Shown: piece after piece, positions 19,974 through 31,012 of the stretch
Layout of the letters: each line of letters begins with the position of its first letter
How positions within the stretch are numbered: position 1 is the stretch's first letter
Origin: an uncultured Gemmatimonadaceae bacterium
GTDB taxonomy: Bacteria; Gemmatimonadota; Gemmatimonadetes; Gemmatimonadales; Gemmatimonadaceae
Direction of reading: 5' to 3'
Length of the DNA stretch: 64,000 nt
NCBI GenBank assembly: GCA_963716745.1
Contig: OY970320.1
Location: 1,024,001-1,088,000 of the forward strand
Translations under genes and position numbers: made by a program
Notes under the pieces: model-generated
Databases searched by the model: none
The model's input: the letters and a program-made list of their open reading frames with translations, nothing else
Told to the model about the DNA's origin: nothing

Positions 19974-21632
19974 TCACGTCGTCGCTTCAGCTGCTGCGCG
20001 TCCCGCGACGCGTCCTGAGAACAGACACCCGCCCAGGAACGTCCCCTCGAGCGCTCGATAACCGTGCATCCCGCCGCCGCCGAAGCCGGATGCTTCGCCG
20101 GCGGCGTATAGTCCTGGCAGCGGCTGACCATCCGCGCCAAGCACGCGCGCAGAGAGATCGGTCTCGAGTCCGCCGAGTGACTTACGTGTGAGAATGTTCA
20201 AGCGAACCGCGATGAGCGGACCGGCCGCGGGATCCAGCAGCCGGTGCGGCTTCGCGACGCGAATGAGCCGGTCGCCAATGTAACGTCGAGCGCGCCGGAT
20301 CTCGCGCGCCTGCCAATCGGTTGGATCGGCGCTCATCATCTGCTCGTCGCGCACGCTGATCTCGCGCGCGACCTGCGCGACATCCAGCAGCGCTGATCCC
20401 GCGAGCGCGTTCATCGCGTCGACCAGTTCGGGCAGTGTGCGCCGCACGACGAAATCCGATCCGCGATCGACGAACGCCTGCACCGGCGGCGGCGCGCCGC
20501 CCATCAGTCGCGTGCGAATGAGTGACAACACGCTCTTGTTGGTGATGTCCGGATTCTGCTCCGATCCGCTCAGCGCGAATTCCTTCTCGATCGTCCGCTG
20601 CGTGAGCACGAACCACGTGTAGTCGTAGCCCGTGCGCGTGATGCGCTCGAGCGTGCCAAGCGTGTCGAAGCCGGGGAAAATGGGAGACGGCAGGCGCCGC
20701 CCGGTCGCGTCGAGCCAGAGCGAGCTCGGCCCCGGGATGATGCGGATCCCGTGATCGCTCCAGATCGGCGCCCAGTTGTGCAGCCCCTCGGTGTAATGCC
20801 ACATGCGATCGCCGTTCACCACGCGCGCACCAGCGCGCTCACTGATCGCGAGCATCCGGCCATCCACGTGATCGGGCACGCCGCACACCATGGTCTTCGG
20901 CGCGGCGCCGAGACGCGACGGCCAGTTCTTGCGCACCAGCTCCAAGTTCGCGCCAATGCCGCCCGACGCGACGATCACGATCGGCGCACTGAACGCGAAG
21001 GCGCCGGCCACCAGACGCGAACTCTTCGCGCCGCGCGCCACGGCACTCGCCTCCAGGACATCACCGCTGACGCCCGTCACCGCGCCATTCGTGACGACGA
21101 GGTCATTCACGCGGTGCCGGAATCGGAGCGTCACGAGTCCTCGCGATTCCGCCACGCGCACACGGCGCACGAACGGCGCGAGCACGCCTGGCCCCGTGCC
21201 CCACGTGAGATGAAATCGCGGAACGGAATTCCCCACCGGGCTCCCCGCTACTCCACCGCGCTCCGCCCAGCCGACTACCGGGAAGAATCGGATGCCCTGC
21301 GCGCGCACCCACGCGCGTTTCTCTCCCGCCGCGAAATCCACGTACGCCTCGGCCCACTTCCGAGGCCATGCATCCTCGGCGCGATCGAATCCCGCCGTAC
21401 CCATCCAGTCGCGCAACGCGAGTTCGCGCGAATCGCGGATGCCGAGGCGACGCTGCTCGGGCGAGTCGACGAGAAAGAGACCGCCGAGCGACCAGAACGC
21501 CTGGCCTCCGAGTGATTGCTCGGGCTCTTGATCGACGATGATCACATGGCGACCGGCGTCGGCGAGCTCGGCAGCCGCAACGAGGCCGGCAAGTCCGGCG
21601 CCAATGATGATCACATCGGCATCGAGAGGCAT
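19974..21632 (-). CDS. FAD-binding dehydrogenase (KsdD-like putative oxidoreductase)
   Basis: GAGLAGLVAA, GGQAFWSLGG, RFHLTWGTGPG, GMHGYRALEGTFLGGC. Confidence 0.9.
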   Translation of the reverse strand: MPLDADVIIIGAGLAGLVAAAELADAGRHVIIVDQEPEQSLGGQAFWSLGGLFLVDSPEQRRLGIRDSRELALRDWMGTAGFDRAEDAWPRKWAEAYVDFAAGEKRAWVRAQGIRFFPVVGWAERGGVAGSPVGNSVPRFHLTWGTGPGVLAPFVRRVRVAESRGLVTLRFRHRVNDLVVTNGAVTGVSGDVLEASAVARGAKSSRLVAGAFAFSAPIVIVASGGIGANLELVRKNWPSRLGAAPKTMVCGVPDHVDGRMLAISERAGARVVNGDRMWHYTEGLHNWAPIWSDHGIRIIPGPSSLWLDATGRRLPSPIFPGFDTLGTLERITRTGYDYTWFVLTQRTIEKEFALSGSEQNPDITNKSVLSLIRTRLMGGAPPPVQAFVDRGSDFVVRRTLPELVDAMNALAGSALLDVAQVAREISVRDEQMMSADPTDWQAREIRRARRYIGDRLIRVAKPHRLLDPAAGPLIAVRLNILTRKSLGGLETDLSARVLGADGQPLPGLYAAGEASGFGGGGMHGYRALEGTFLGGCLFSGRVAGRAAAEATT

Positions 21633-21662
21633 GATTCTACTTACCATAGCCGCACTGCAAGG

Positions 21663-21815
21663 ACGGCGGAACTGGTACCGCGAGCGGCGGGGTTGGTACC
21701 GCGAGACGGCGTGTGTGGCGTTGGCGTTGGGAGCTGCGTGCTCAATGGAACTCGCGGTGCCCAACGCCAACGCTAACGCGCCATTCGCGGTACCAGCCCC
21801 GCCGTTCGCGGTTCA
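21663..21815. repeat. Palindromic element family A, copy 4
   Basis: gaactggtaccgcg...ggcgttggcgttggg...cccaacgccaacgctaac...gcggtaccagccccgccgttcgcggt. Confidence 0.85.
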
Positions 21816-24520
21816 CTCCGCGCGCAGTGCCTCCGTCGGCTCAATGCGCGCCGCGCGCCTCGCCGGCACCCAACTCGCGATGAGCACCGCCCCCACCAGC
21901 ACCGCCACAATGCCGATGAACGTCACAGGATCCGATGGCTCCACGCCGTACAGGAGAGACCCGAGCACGCGCGTGGAGATCAACGCACCCGCGAGTCCGA
22001 TCGCCGCGCCTGCCGCGGCCACGCCTATTCCCTGGCGCACGATGAGCCGCACCACATCCCCGCGCCGCGCGCCGAGCGCAATGCGCACGCCGATCTCGCG
22101 CGTACGCTGGCTCACGGCGAACGAGATCACGCCGTACGTGCCCATCGTCGCGAGCGCGAGCGCCATCACGGCGAAGAGCGCGAGCAGCAGCGCGCGGAAT
22201 CGCATGGCCGCGGTCGCGTCCGCCACGCGCGAGCCCATCGTGCGAAGATCGTATAGGGGCGCGTCCGGATTCATCTGGTGGGTCACCTGCCGCGCCGCCG
22301 CGGCGAGCGCGAGCGGATCGCCGGTGGTGCGCACGAACACCATCATGCGGCCGCGCGTCGACTGGTAGTACGAGAGATAGACCGCGGCCTCCGGCATCGA
22401 GTCGAGCGTCACATAGCGCACGTCGCCGATCACGCCCACGACGCGGGCCGTGTCATTCCAGAATCCGCCCTGCCCCACGCTGATCGGTTTCCCGATCGGG
22501 TCCTCGCCCGGCCAGAGCCGGCGCGCGGCCGTCTCGTTCACGAGGACGACCTTGGGCGCGCCGGCGCGATCCTGCTCCGAGAAGAGCCGTCCTTTCACGA
22601 GGGGCACGCGCGTCGCGACGCGTCCATTGCGGCGTGATCCAGTGGACGCCCACCAGCGGCTCGCTGCCCTGCGCGACGGGCGGCCGGTCGCGAAGACCCG
22701 CAATGGTGATGTTGCACCCGCCATTCAGCGGCGGACAATCGGTCAGGCCTACGGCCGTGACGCCGGGCAACGCCGAGAGCCGCTGGATCATGCCGTCATA
22801 GAAATTCGGGAGCGAGTCTTTGGCGGCGGCCGCCGGCGCGTTGAAGCGCATCGTGAGCAGCTGCGATCCGTCGAAGCCGGCGTTCACACTGAGCAGCCGC
22901 TCGAGGCTGCGCACCATGAGTCCCGAACCCGCCAGCAGCACGAGGGAGATGGCGATCTCCGCCACCGCGAGCGTGTTGCGGCTCGTGAGCCAGCGGCGTT
23001 CGGCGCGCGGCGCGTCGCCCTTGAGCGCGCCGCTGAGCGCGGGCCGCGTCGACTGGAGCGCAGGCACGAGTCCGAACATCAGGCCCGTGACGATCGCGAG
23101 CAGCGCGGCGAATGTGAGGGCCGTGCCGTCCAGGCTGATCGTGCTGAAATTCACCGCGCCGATCCCGGCTTGGTCATTGAGCTGGAGCGCGGTGGTGGGA
23201 TTGAGCGTGGTGAGGAGCTTGACGCCGCCCCACGCGACCGCGATGCCGGCAGCGCCGCCGGCGCACGAGAGCAGCAGGCTCTCGGTGAGCAATTGACGGA
23301 CCAGCCGCGAGCGGCCGGCGCCAATGGCAAGCCGTACGGCGATCTCGCGCCGGCGTCCCGACGCACGAATGAGGAAAAGGTTCGCGACGTTCGCACATGC
23401 CGCGAGCAGCACGAGTCCCACCGCGGCGAGGAGCACCAGCAGCGACCGCCGTACGACGGGATCGGCGCGCGTCGCGTCGAGTTCGCGCGCCACCGCGCTC
23501 CAATGGATCGTTTTCACTTCGGGATGCGGATACTGCGCATCGATCACCGCTCCGTAGCCCTTCACCGCCTCCTTCGCTTGCGCGGGCGTGACGCCGGGCT
23601 TGAGCCGCGCGGTGGCGCTGAAGCTATGGCTCCAAGCCTGGTTGAGCATGTCGGCCGGGAGCGACATGACCGGCAAGAGCAGATCCGCGCGGCCGGACAG
23701 GCCGCGGAAGCCGGGCGGCAAGACGCCCACCACGGTGTATGGCGCGCCATCGATCACGATGTTCCGTCCGAGCACCGCGGGATCGGCGTTGAACTCCCGC
23801 TTCCATAGCGCGTCGGCGAGGATCGACGACGTGCGCGGTACCCGGCGTGACGTCCTCGTCTGGCAGGAAATTCCGTCCGAGCGCGGGCTGGATACCGAGC
23901 AATGGGAGATAGCGCGCGCCGACCATCTCGTCGACGAACCGCTCCGGCTCCTCGCCGCCGGTCATTGTCCCCTGGTACTCCATGGAGAGCGCGACATCGC
24001 TGAACACCGTCTGCGCCTCACGCAGCGTCGCGAATTTCGGGTACGACCAGGGCAGTGCATCGCGCGCCGGCTCGCTCCCCATTGCGGGCCGCGCGAGGTT
24101 GAGCGCCATGAGGCGCGCCGGTTCACGGAAGGGGAGCGGGCGCAGCAGCATGGCGTTCACGGCGCTGAAGATCGCCGTGTTCGCGCCGATGCCGATCGCG
24201 AGCGTGAGGACGGCGACCACAGTGAAGCCTGGCGTGCGACGGAACGCGCGGAACGCGAAGCGCAGATCCTGAGTGGTGGTGTCGAGCCATGAGAGTCCCG
24301 CGGTCATGCGCGCCTCCTCCTTCACATTGGTGATATTCCCGAACCGGCGGCGCGCGGCGTAGGCCGCCTCATCGCCGCTCATCGTGCCCCGCCCCGCGGC
24401 CTCACGCTGCATCGCCTCGAGCGCGAGATGCATGCGGATCTCATCCTCCATCTCGCGCGCGTGGCCCTCCGGATCGCGCAGCACGCGCCAGCGGTAGCGG
24501 AGCGAATCGAAGAGGGACAT
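21813..24520 (-). CDS. ADOP-type duplicated MacB/FtsX ABC permease (two frameshifts)
   Basis: Permease prefix (ARRRFGN), [44 protein letters not shown]. Confidence 0.9.
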
Positions 24521-24529
24521 GACCCGTGC

Positions 24530-24871
24530 CTATGCGCGCCGCATCACGCGGCCGATCGCCGCGAGCACACGGTCGAAGCTGACGATCTCTTGCCCCAGTT
24601 GCCGCCGGCCGGCCGCGGTGATGGTGTAGTACCGCGCGCGCCGTCCGGTGGGTGACTGGCCCCACTTGGACGTGACCCAGCCCCGCTTCTGCAGCCGCTC
24701 GAGCGCGGGATACAGCGAACCCTGCTCCACCGACAACACATCGCGCGAGCGCGCTTCGATCTGCTGCGCGATCGCGTAGCCATGCATGGACTGCATGCTG
24801 AGGGTCTTGAGGATCAACATGTCGAGGGTGCCCTTGAGCAGTTCGGCTCTCTCGGTGGCGGATCGGGCCAT
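24530..24871 (-). CDS. PadR family regulator (acidobacterial type)
   Basis: LLKGTLDMLILKTL...HGYAIA...QGSLYPALERL...RRARYYTIT. Confidence 0.95.
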   Translation of the reverse strand: MARSATERAELLKGTLDMLILKTLSMQSMHGYAIAQQIEARSRDVLSVEQGSLYPALERLQKRGWVTSKWGQSPTGRRARYYTITAAGRRQLGQEIVSFDRVLAAIGRVMRRA

Positions 24872-24897
24872 CAGTGGACCTCGGATAGGAAGAATGA

Positions 24898-24915
24898 CTA
24901 CCTATTGATAGGTAG
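24898..24915. promoter_or_regulatory. Candidate PadR operator
   Basis: Perfect inverted repeat CTACCTAT-TG-ATAGGTAG, 27 bp upstream of the padR start. Confidence 0.6.
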
Positions 24916-24957
24916 ACACTCGTACTATCACAAGGGTTGCCATGGTTGAACCGCAGA

Positions 24958-25070
24958 ATGCGGGACTGGTACCGCTGACGGCGGGATTGGCGTTGGGTAC
25001 CGCCGTTCCCAACGCCAATCCCGCCTCCAGCGGTACCAGTCCCGCCCCCAGCGGTACCACGCACGCCGTT
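24958..25070. repeat. Palindromic element family A, copy 5
   Basis: gcgggactggtaccgctgacggcgggattggcgttggg...cccaacgccaatcccgcctccagcggtaccagtcccgc. Confidence 0.85.
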
Positions 25071-25123
25071 CCGATCCCACGCTATAATTCGGCATCACGT
25101 TGAGCCCCCGCACGGAGCCCCGC

Positions 25124-26895
25124 ATGCCAGCGCATTTGGCCGATCCCGATCACAATCCCAGTTTCACCAAATCCGTCTTCCTCGGTGAGATCCGCGAGGA
25201 TCTCGTCTTCCCCTTCCCGGTGCTGAGCCCGGAAGAATCCGAGAACCTCAACGCGATCTTGGATTCCTTCCGCGCCTGGGCGGCCGAGAACGTCGATTCG
25301 CACCAGCAGGATCACGACGGGAAGTTCCCCGACGCGGTGCGTACCGGCATGGCGCAACTCGGGCTCATGGGCGTGAACATGCCCGAGGAGTACGGCGGGT
25401 TCGGCGCGAGCGCCATGACGTTCAATCGCGTGTTCGCCGAGGTCGGCGCTACGGATGCGGCGCTCGCCGTCTACTTCGGCGCGCATCAGTCGATCGGCGC
25501 CAAGGGCATCACGCTGTTCGGTACCGACGAGCAGAAGAAACGCTGGCTCCCGCGCTGCGCCTCGGGCGAGCTCATCGCGGCCTTCTGTCTCACCGAGGCC
25601 AGGCTCCGGCTCCGACGCGCAGGCGATGCACACGACCGCCGTGCCGAGCGCCGACGGCACGCACTACATGCTGAACGGCCAGAAGATCTGGATCTCGAAC
25701 GCGGGCTATGCCGGCGTGCTCACGGTGTTCGCGAAGGTGCCGGTCGAGATCGATGGCAAGAAGAAGCTGCGCGTCACGGCGTTCATCGTGGACGCGCACG
25801 CACCCGGCGTCTCGCTCGGCAAGATCGAAGAGAAGATGGGGATCAAGGCGAGCGACACGCGCACGGTCTCGTTCGAGGATGTGCGAGTGCCCGCCGAGGA
25901 CATGCTCGGCGATGTCGGCCACGGATTCAAGATCGCGCTCGAGATCCTGAACTCGGGGCGACTCGGCTTGCGCGCCGCGAGCCGCGCAGCGGCGCGCAGC
26001 GCATGCGCGGCCACGGCGCTCGCGTACGCCAAGGAGCGGCGAGCAGTTCGGCCGTGCCGATCGGGTCGTTCGAGATGATCCAGCGCAAGTTCGCCATGCT
26101 CGCCGCCGACTGCTACGCGGCCGACGCGGCGTGGATGCTCACCGCGAGCATGGTGGACCGCGGCGGCATCGATTTTTCGCTCGAGACGGCGGCCGTGCAA
26201 GATGTTCGCGCTCCGAACTCGCCTTCCGCGCCGCCGACCGATTGCATGCAGATCGCCGGCGGCATCGGCTACTCCAAGGAGTACCCGTACGAGCAGGCCG
26301 GTGCGCGACGCGCGCATCAACATGATCTTCGAGGGGACGAACGAGATCCTGCGTGCGCTCATCGCGCTCACCGGCGCTGCAGCAGCCCGGCGAGCATCTC
26401 AAGGCGATCGGCAAAGCGCTTCAGCGACCCGCTCCATTCCATTGGCGCGATCAGGACATACATCGCGGGCCGCGTGAAGCGCCAGGTGGTGAAGTCAGTG
26501 TTCACGCAGGTGCACCCCGCCCTCGAGAAAGAGGCCGATCTCGTCGCGACGGTGATCCACGATCTCGCGCTCGGCGTGGAGAAGCTGCTCATCGAGCACG
26601 GCAAGGAGATCATCGAGCACCAGTTCCACCAGGAACGCATGGCGAACGCGGCGATCGATATCTATCTCTCGACCGCCGCGCTCTCGCGCGCGACGGCGGC
26701 GCTCGAGGCGGCCGGCAGCGTGGAGGGCGCGCAGGCCGACGTGGACAACGCGCGCATCTTCATCCCGCCGCGATGCGGCGCGCCCGCCGCTCGGTGCGCG
26801 CGTTCGAGCGCAACCAGGATGCGCGTCTCAAGACACTCGCCGAGCGCGCGCTGGAGACAGGATCGCTCACCGTGAAGACACCGACCGATCGGTAG
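25124..26895 (+). CDS. Acyl-CoA dehydrogenase (VLCAD/ACAD9-like, many frameshifts)
   Basis: PEEYGG, AHQSIG, FCLTE-PGSGSDA, NGQKIWISN, KMGIKAS, IFEGTNEILR across frames. Confidence 0.9.
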
Positions 26896-26907
26896 TAATA
26901 AGCATCT

Positions 26908-26965
26908 CAATCATGTAAATCCTGTCAAATGCTTTCGACAGGATTAACATGATTCAGATGATTTC
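26908..26965. repeat. Palindromic element family B, copy 2
   Basis: aatcatgtaaatcctgtcaaatgctttcgacaggattaacatgatt. Confidence 0.8.
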
Positions 26966-27006
26966 AACAACGAACGACTGAACATCCCTAAACCCGGAGA
27001 ATTCCA

Positions 27007-27429
27007 ATGGATCGCACGTCCAACGCCCGCTGGGAGGGTGACCTCAAGGCGGGCAACGGCAAGGTGAAGCTCGGCAGCGGCACCTTCGCGGGGAATTACT
27101 CATTCGGCACGCGGTTCGAGAACGCGCCGGGTACGACACCCGAGGAGCTCCTCGGTGCGGCGCACGCCGCGTGTTTCTCGATGGCCCTGGCGGCCGGACT
27201 CGCGAAGGATGGTCACACGGCCAAGAGCATCGACACGACGGCCACGGTGCATCTCGAGAAGACCGACGCCGGATTCTCGATCACGAAGATCGATCTCGTG
27301 ACGGTGGGCGAGGTGCCGGGGCTGGCGGCCGCCGATTTCGGCAAGGCCGCGGAAGACACGAAGAAGAATTGCATCGTGTCGCGGGCGTTGGCGTCGGTGC
27401 CGATGACGGTAAAAGCGACACTGAAATAA
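27007..27429 (+). CDS. osmC: OsmC peroxiredoxin
   Basis: TPEELLGAAHAACFSMAL...KNCIVSRAL. Confidence 0.95.
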   Translation: MDRTSNARWEGDLKAGNGKVKLGSGTFAGNYSFGTRFENAPGTTPEELLGAAHAACFSMALAAGLAKDGHTAKSIDTTATVHLEKTDAGFSITKIDLVTVGEVPGLAAADFGKAAEDTKKNCIVSRALASVPMTVKATLK

Positions 27430-27580
27430 CTGCGGGACTGGTACCGACTAACGGCGGGGTTGGCACCGTTGACGACGTGTGAGCAGTTGACGTCGCGAAC
27501 TGCGCGACTCCAACGACTGCGCAGTCCCGGTGCCAACGTACCGCGACCGTTCGCGGTACTAGCCCCGCCGTTTGCGGTGC
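27429..27580. repeat. Palindromic element family A, copy 6
   Basis: actgcgggactggtaccgactaacggcggggttggcaccg...cggtgccaac...gcggtactagccccgccgtttgcggt. Confidence 0.8.
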
Positions 27581-27629
27581 TACGCACGCCTGCCTTGCGA
27601 TGCTCCCTCCGCGACGGCAGAATCGTGTC

Positions 27630-29681
27630 ATGAAATTCTCTCTCTCCGCCGCCACGCTCTGCGCCGTCGTTCTGCCCCTCGCTGCGCAGCATGACTACCC
27701 CGCTCCACTCATCAGCGAATCCACCGTCGCCGCACTCAACAACGAGTTGAGCGGCGCCGCGGCGAAACGCACAGTGGAATTCATCGCGCAGCTCAACCGC
27801 CCGCGCGGATCGAAGACGTTCAACATTGCGTCCGATCACATCGCCGCTGAACTCACGCGCTATGGTCTCGATGGCGTCACGGTGATCGAGATCCCAACGG
27901 ACGGCCGCACAATGTATGGCACGGAGAAATCGCGCCCGGCGTGGGACCCGCAATTCGCGGAACTGTGGGAAGTGCGCCGCGATGGCGCGAAGACGGTGGA
28001 CGTCACGCGCATCGCGAGCTTCGAGGATGAACCGGTGGTGCTCGCCGAGGACAGCGACAGCGGCAGCGTCACCGCCGAGATCATCGACGTAGGCGACGGC
28101 ACCTCGGAATCCGATTACGCCGGCAAGGACGTGCGCGGCAAGCTCGTGCTCATCGCCGCGCAGCCAGGCGCGGCCGCGCCGCTCGCGGTGGACAAGTTCG
28201 GCGCCGCCGGCATGGTGAGTTATGCGCAGAACCAGCCCACCGCGTGGAGCGGCGAGGACGAGAACCTGATCCGCTGGGGCCACCTCGATTCGTACTCGCC
28301 GCGCAAGACATTCTCCTTCATGCTGTCGCTCAAGCAAGCACGCGCGATGAGAGCGCGGCTCGCCGCGGGCGAGCATGTCACGCTGCGCGCCACGGTCATC
28401 GCCGCTCGGCATCCCGGCTCGTACCGCGTGGTCACCGCCGTGATCAAAGGCGCCGATCCCGCGCTGAGCGCCGAAGAGATCGTCTTCAGCTGCCACCTGG
28501 ACCACCAGCGTCCCGGCGCGAACGACAACGCGAGCGGCTGCGCGACGATCCTCGAGGTCGCCCGCACGCTCGACAAGCTCGTGCGCGAAGGCCGCATTTC
28601 GCGCCCCGCGCGCACGATCCGCTTCATTTGGCCCGCCGAGATCGAAGCGACGATGGCGCTCTTTCATTACCGCGCCGACATGCGCGCGCACTTCAAGGCC
28701 GCGGTGCAGATGGACATGGTGGGAGGCAACGCGAACACGAAGGCGATCTTCCACGTGACACGCGGGCCGCCGAGTTTGCCGAGCTTCGCGTACGATGTAG
28801 GCGAAGCGTTCGGCGCGTACGTGAACAACGAATCGGACGGCTACGCGTCGGGCACTGGCGGACAGTATCCGTTCGTGTCGGTGGAGGGCGGAAAGGAGGC
28901 GCTGCTCGCGAACCTGGCCGAGTTCACGATGGGCAGCGACAACATCATCTACGCGGAGGGCTCGTTCCGCATCCCGGTGATCTACTTGAACGATTGGCCC
29001 GACCGGTACATCCACACGAATTTCGATACACCGGCGAACATCGACGCGACGAAGCTCCAGCGCGCGGCGTTCATTGGCGCGGCGAGCGGGCTGTATCTCG
29101 CGAACGTGCGCTCCGCCGGGGTCGCGGCGCTCTGGCATGCGATGAAAGGACAGGCATTGCGTCGCGCGGCGGTGGTCATGGATCGGCGCAACACGCTCCC
29201 GGCGGCGGAAGCGAGCGTGCTCACGCGTGCGCAGATCGCGATCGAGCGCGCCGCGTTCGCTTCGATCGGCTCCTTCGCGCCGATCCCCGACAGCGTGAAG
29301 ACGGATGCCGAACTCTTCTTCTCGCGCCTCGAGACGATGCTCGGCCCGGTCAATGCGGTGCCGGCCGCCACCGGCGACGGCGCGCTCGTATATGCGCGAA
29401 CGCCGCAGGCCACCGGACCAATGACGCTGTTCGTTGGCTATGATTATTTCGCCGACCACTACAAGGGGCCGCAACCTCGACTCATAGACTATCAGGGCCT
29501 GCGCGGCGCGGGCGGCGAATACATCTACGAGACGCTGAACCTCGTCAATGGCAAGCGAAACGCGCGCGACATTCGCGATCTCGTGAGCGCCGAGTATGGG
29601 CCCGTGCCGCTGGATCTCGTCGTCGAATATCTCAAGGCGCTGCAGACCGCGGGCGTGCTCAAGCTCGCCGCCAAGGAGTAG
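27630..29681 (+). CDS. Secreted M28 family metallopeptidase with PA domain (DUF4910-like)
   Basis: SCHLDH, GANDNASG, WPAEIE, QMDMVG, GSDN, YIHTNFD. Confidence 0.88.
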   Translation: MKFSLSAATLCAVVLPLAAQHDYPAPLISESTVAALNNELSGAAAKRTVEFIAQLNRPRGSKTFNIASDHIAAELTRYGLDGVTVIEIPTDGRTMYGTEKSRPAWDPQFAELWEVRRDGAKTVDVTRIASFEDEPVVLAEDSDSGSVTAEIIDVGDGTSESDYAGKDVRGKLVLIAAQPGAAAPLAVDKFGAAGMVSYAQNQPTAWSGEDENLIRWGHLDSYSPRKTFSFMLSLKQARAMRARLAAGEHVTLRATVIAARHPGSYRVVTAVIKGADPALSAEEIVFSCHLDHQRPGANDNASGCATILEVARTLDKLVREGRISRPARTIRFIWPAEIEATMALFHYRADMRAHFKAAVQMDMVGGNANTKAIFHVTRGPPSLPSFAYDVGEAFGAYVNNESDGYASGTGGQYPFVSVEGGKEALLANLAEFTMGSDNIIYAEGSFRIPVIYLNDWPDRYIHTNFDTPANIDATKLQRAAFIGAASGLYLANVRSAGVAALWHAMKGQALRRAAVVMDRRNTLPAAEASVLTRAQIAIERAAFASIGSFAPIPDSVKTDAELFFSRLETMLGPVNAVPAATGDGALVYARTPQATGPMTLFVGYDYFADHYKGPQPRLIDYQGLRGAGGEYIYETLNLVNGKRNARDIRDLVSAEYGPVPLDLVVEYLKALQTAGVLKLAAKE

Positions 29682-29687
29682 CGCACA

Positions 29688-30683
29688 ATGTGGTGGATCA
29701 GCTATCGCGGCGAAGCGAGCCACGGGATCAACAACATCGGCGTGTTCGAGGATGATGGCGCGCCACGCCGCGTCCATCCGCTGCTCCTCGATCCGTCGCC
29801 GACGGCGCATCCGCTGCATATCGCGCGCGGCTTCGCGCTCGTGGGCGACGACCTGTACATCGCGAACGCGTGGCGCAAGGACAGCCACGTGGCGCGCTAC
29901 CAGCGGCGCGGCGACACGTTCCACTTTGCCGACGTCGTGGTCGCGAGTTCGCACATCTCGGCAATGGTCCATCCGTTCGACGTCGAGTTAGGCGACGATG
30001 GCCGGCTGTACGTCTCGTGCCAGGATACGAATACCGTGGTCGCGATCCTGCCCGAGACGCGCACGCCCGCACCGATCGCGCTGCACCTGCGCAAGCAATT
30101 CCCGCAGGGGAATTTCCTGCCGGGTACGCAGGTCGCGTCGGCGCAGGGGAATCTGCCGGAAGTGGGTGAGAGCGTGCCGTCGGATGTGCCGGCGCCGCAG
30201 GGGCTCGCCGTGGTGCTCGACAAGCGCGGCAAGCCGCGCCATTCGGTGCGCGGGATCATCGTGCACCGCAAGCACCTGTACGTCGCCGACGAGGCGGGCG
30301 ACATGGTGAAGATCTTCGAGCTGCGCTCCGGCCGCCTCGTGGGGCGCATCAAGGGGAAACGCGTGAGCAAACCCGTGCATCTCATCCTGCACGGCGAGAC
30401 GCTCTACATCGGCGCGTCGGGCTCGGGCAGCATCCTCGCGTTCGACATTCCGAAGAAGGCGCCGAAGGGGAAGTACAAGCCGCGCACCGTCATCGATCGC
30501 AAACTCGACGCCCCCTCCGGTTTCGCGATCGGCCCCGATGGGGATATTTACGTGGCCGAACGGAAGAAACAGCGCGTTCGGAGATTCACGGCGGAGGGGA
30601 AGAAGAAAGGGACGTTCATTCGGGACCTACCCGATTGGCCGGAGTTCCTGCTGCATGTGCCGGACTCACTACGAACGACGTGA
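29688..30683 (+). CDS. NHL/SMP-30-like beta-propeller protein
   Basis: Repeated PxG/D-hydrophobic...LYVAD blades (HPFDVEL...LYVSC; PSGFAIGPDGDIYVAE). Confidence 0.75.
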   Translation: MWWISYRGEASHGINNIGVFEDDGAPRRVHPLLLDPSPTAHPLHIARGFALVGDDLYIANAWRKDSHVARYQRRGDTFHFADVVVASSHISAMVHPFDVELGDDGRLYVSCQDTNTVVAILPETRTPAPIALHLRKQFPQGNFLPGTQVASAQGNLPEVGESVPSDVPAPQGLAVVLDKRGKPRHSVRGIIVHRKHLYVADEAGDMVKIFELRSGRLVGRIKGKRVSKPVHLILHGETLYIGASGSGSILAFDIPKKAPKGKYKPRTVIDRKLDAPSGFAIGPDGDIYVAERKKQRVRRFTAEGKKKGTFIRDLPDWPEFLLHVPDSLRTT

Positions 30684-30935
30684 GTACCGAGTCGTGCGTG
30701 TTCGACCACGCATGGCGGGAGTACCGAGTCGTGCGTGTTCGACCACGCATAGCGTGAGTACCGAGTCGTGCGTAGTCGACCACCAACTTCATACGTACCG
30801 AGTCATTCGTAATCGACTCACGCTGTTTAGTGGGCCCGGACGCACGACTCGGTACTCACGCTCATGCGTGGTCGAACACGCACGACTCGGTACTCCCGCC
30901 ATGCGTGGTCGAACACGCACGACTCGGTACTCACG
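30679..30935. repeat. 37-bp tandem array (4 copies) followed by its inverted copy (~3 copies)
   Basis: GAGTACCGAGTCGTGCGTGTTCGACCACGCAT units at 30682, 30719, 30756 and ~30793; reverse-complement units at 30840-30935. Confidence 0.92.
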
Positions 30936-31012
30936 CCGTCCATGCGTTGAAACCCAACCCCGCAAGCGGTGTAAAACAGTGAGTAGCATCCCCCCATCCA
31001 TGGAGGGCCTCA

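Noticed and set aside
25124..26895. Pseudogene or programmed frameshifting in the acyl-CoA dehydrogenase
   Set aside because: Multiple scattered indels without slippery-site structure and with intact catalytic motifs, consistent with the window-wide error pattern.
27213..29972. Long antisense ORFs (919 aa here; also 53796-56405, 38915-41104, 44528-46726, 2343-3923 and others)
   Set aside because: Arg/Ala-rich shadow frames of clear genes, typical of high-GC DNA, with no recognisable motifs.
30679..30935. CRISPR array
   Set aside because: Units are contiguous (37-bp period, only ~5 variable bp), half are inverted, and no cas genes are nearby.
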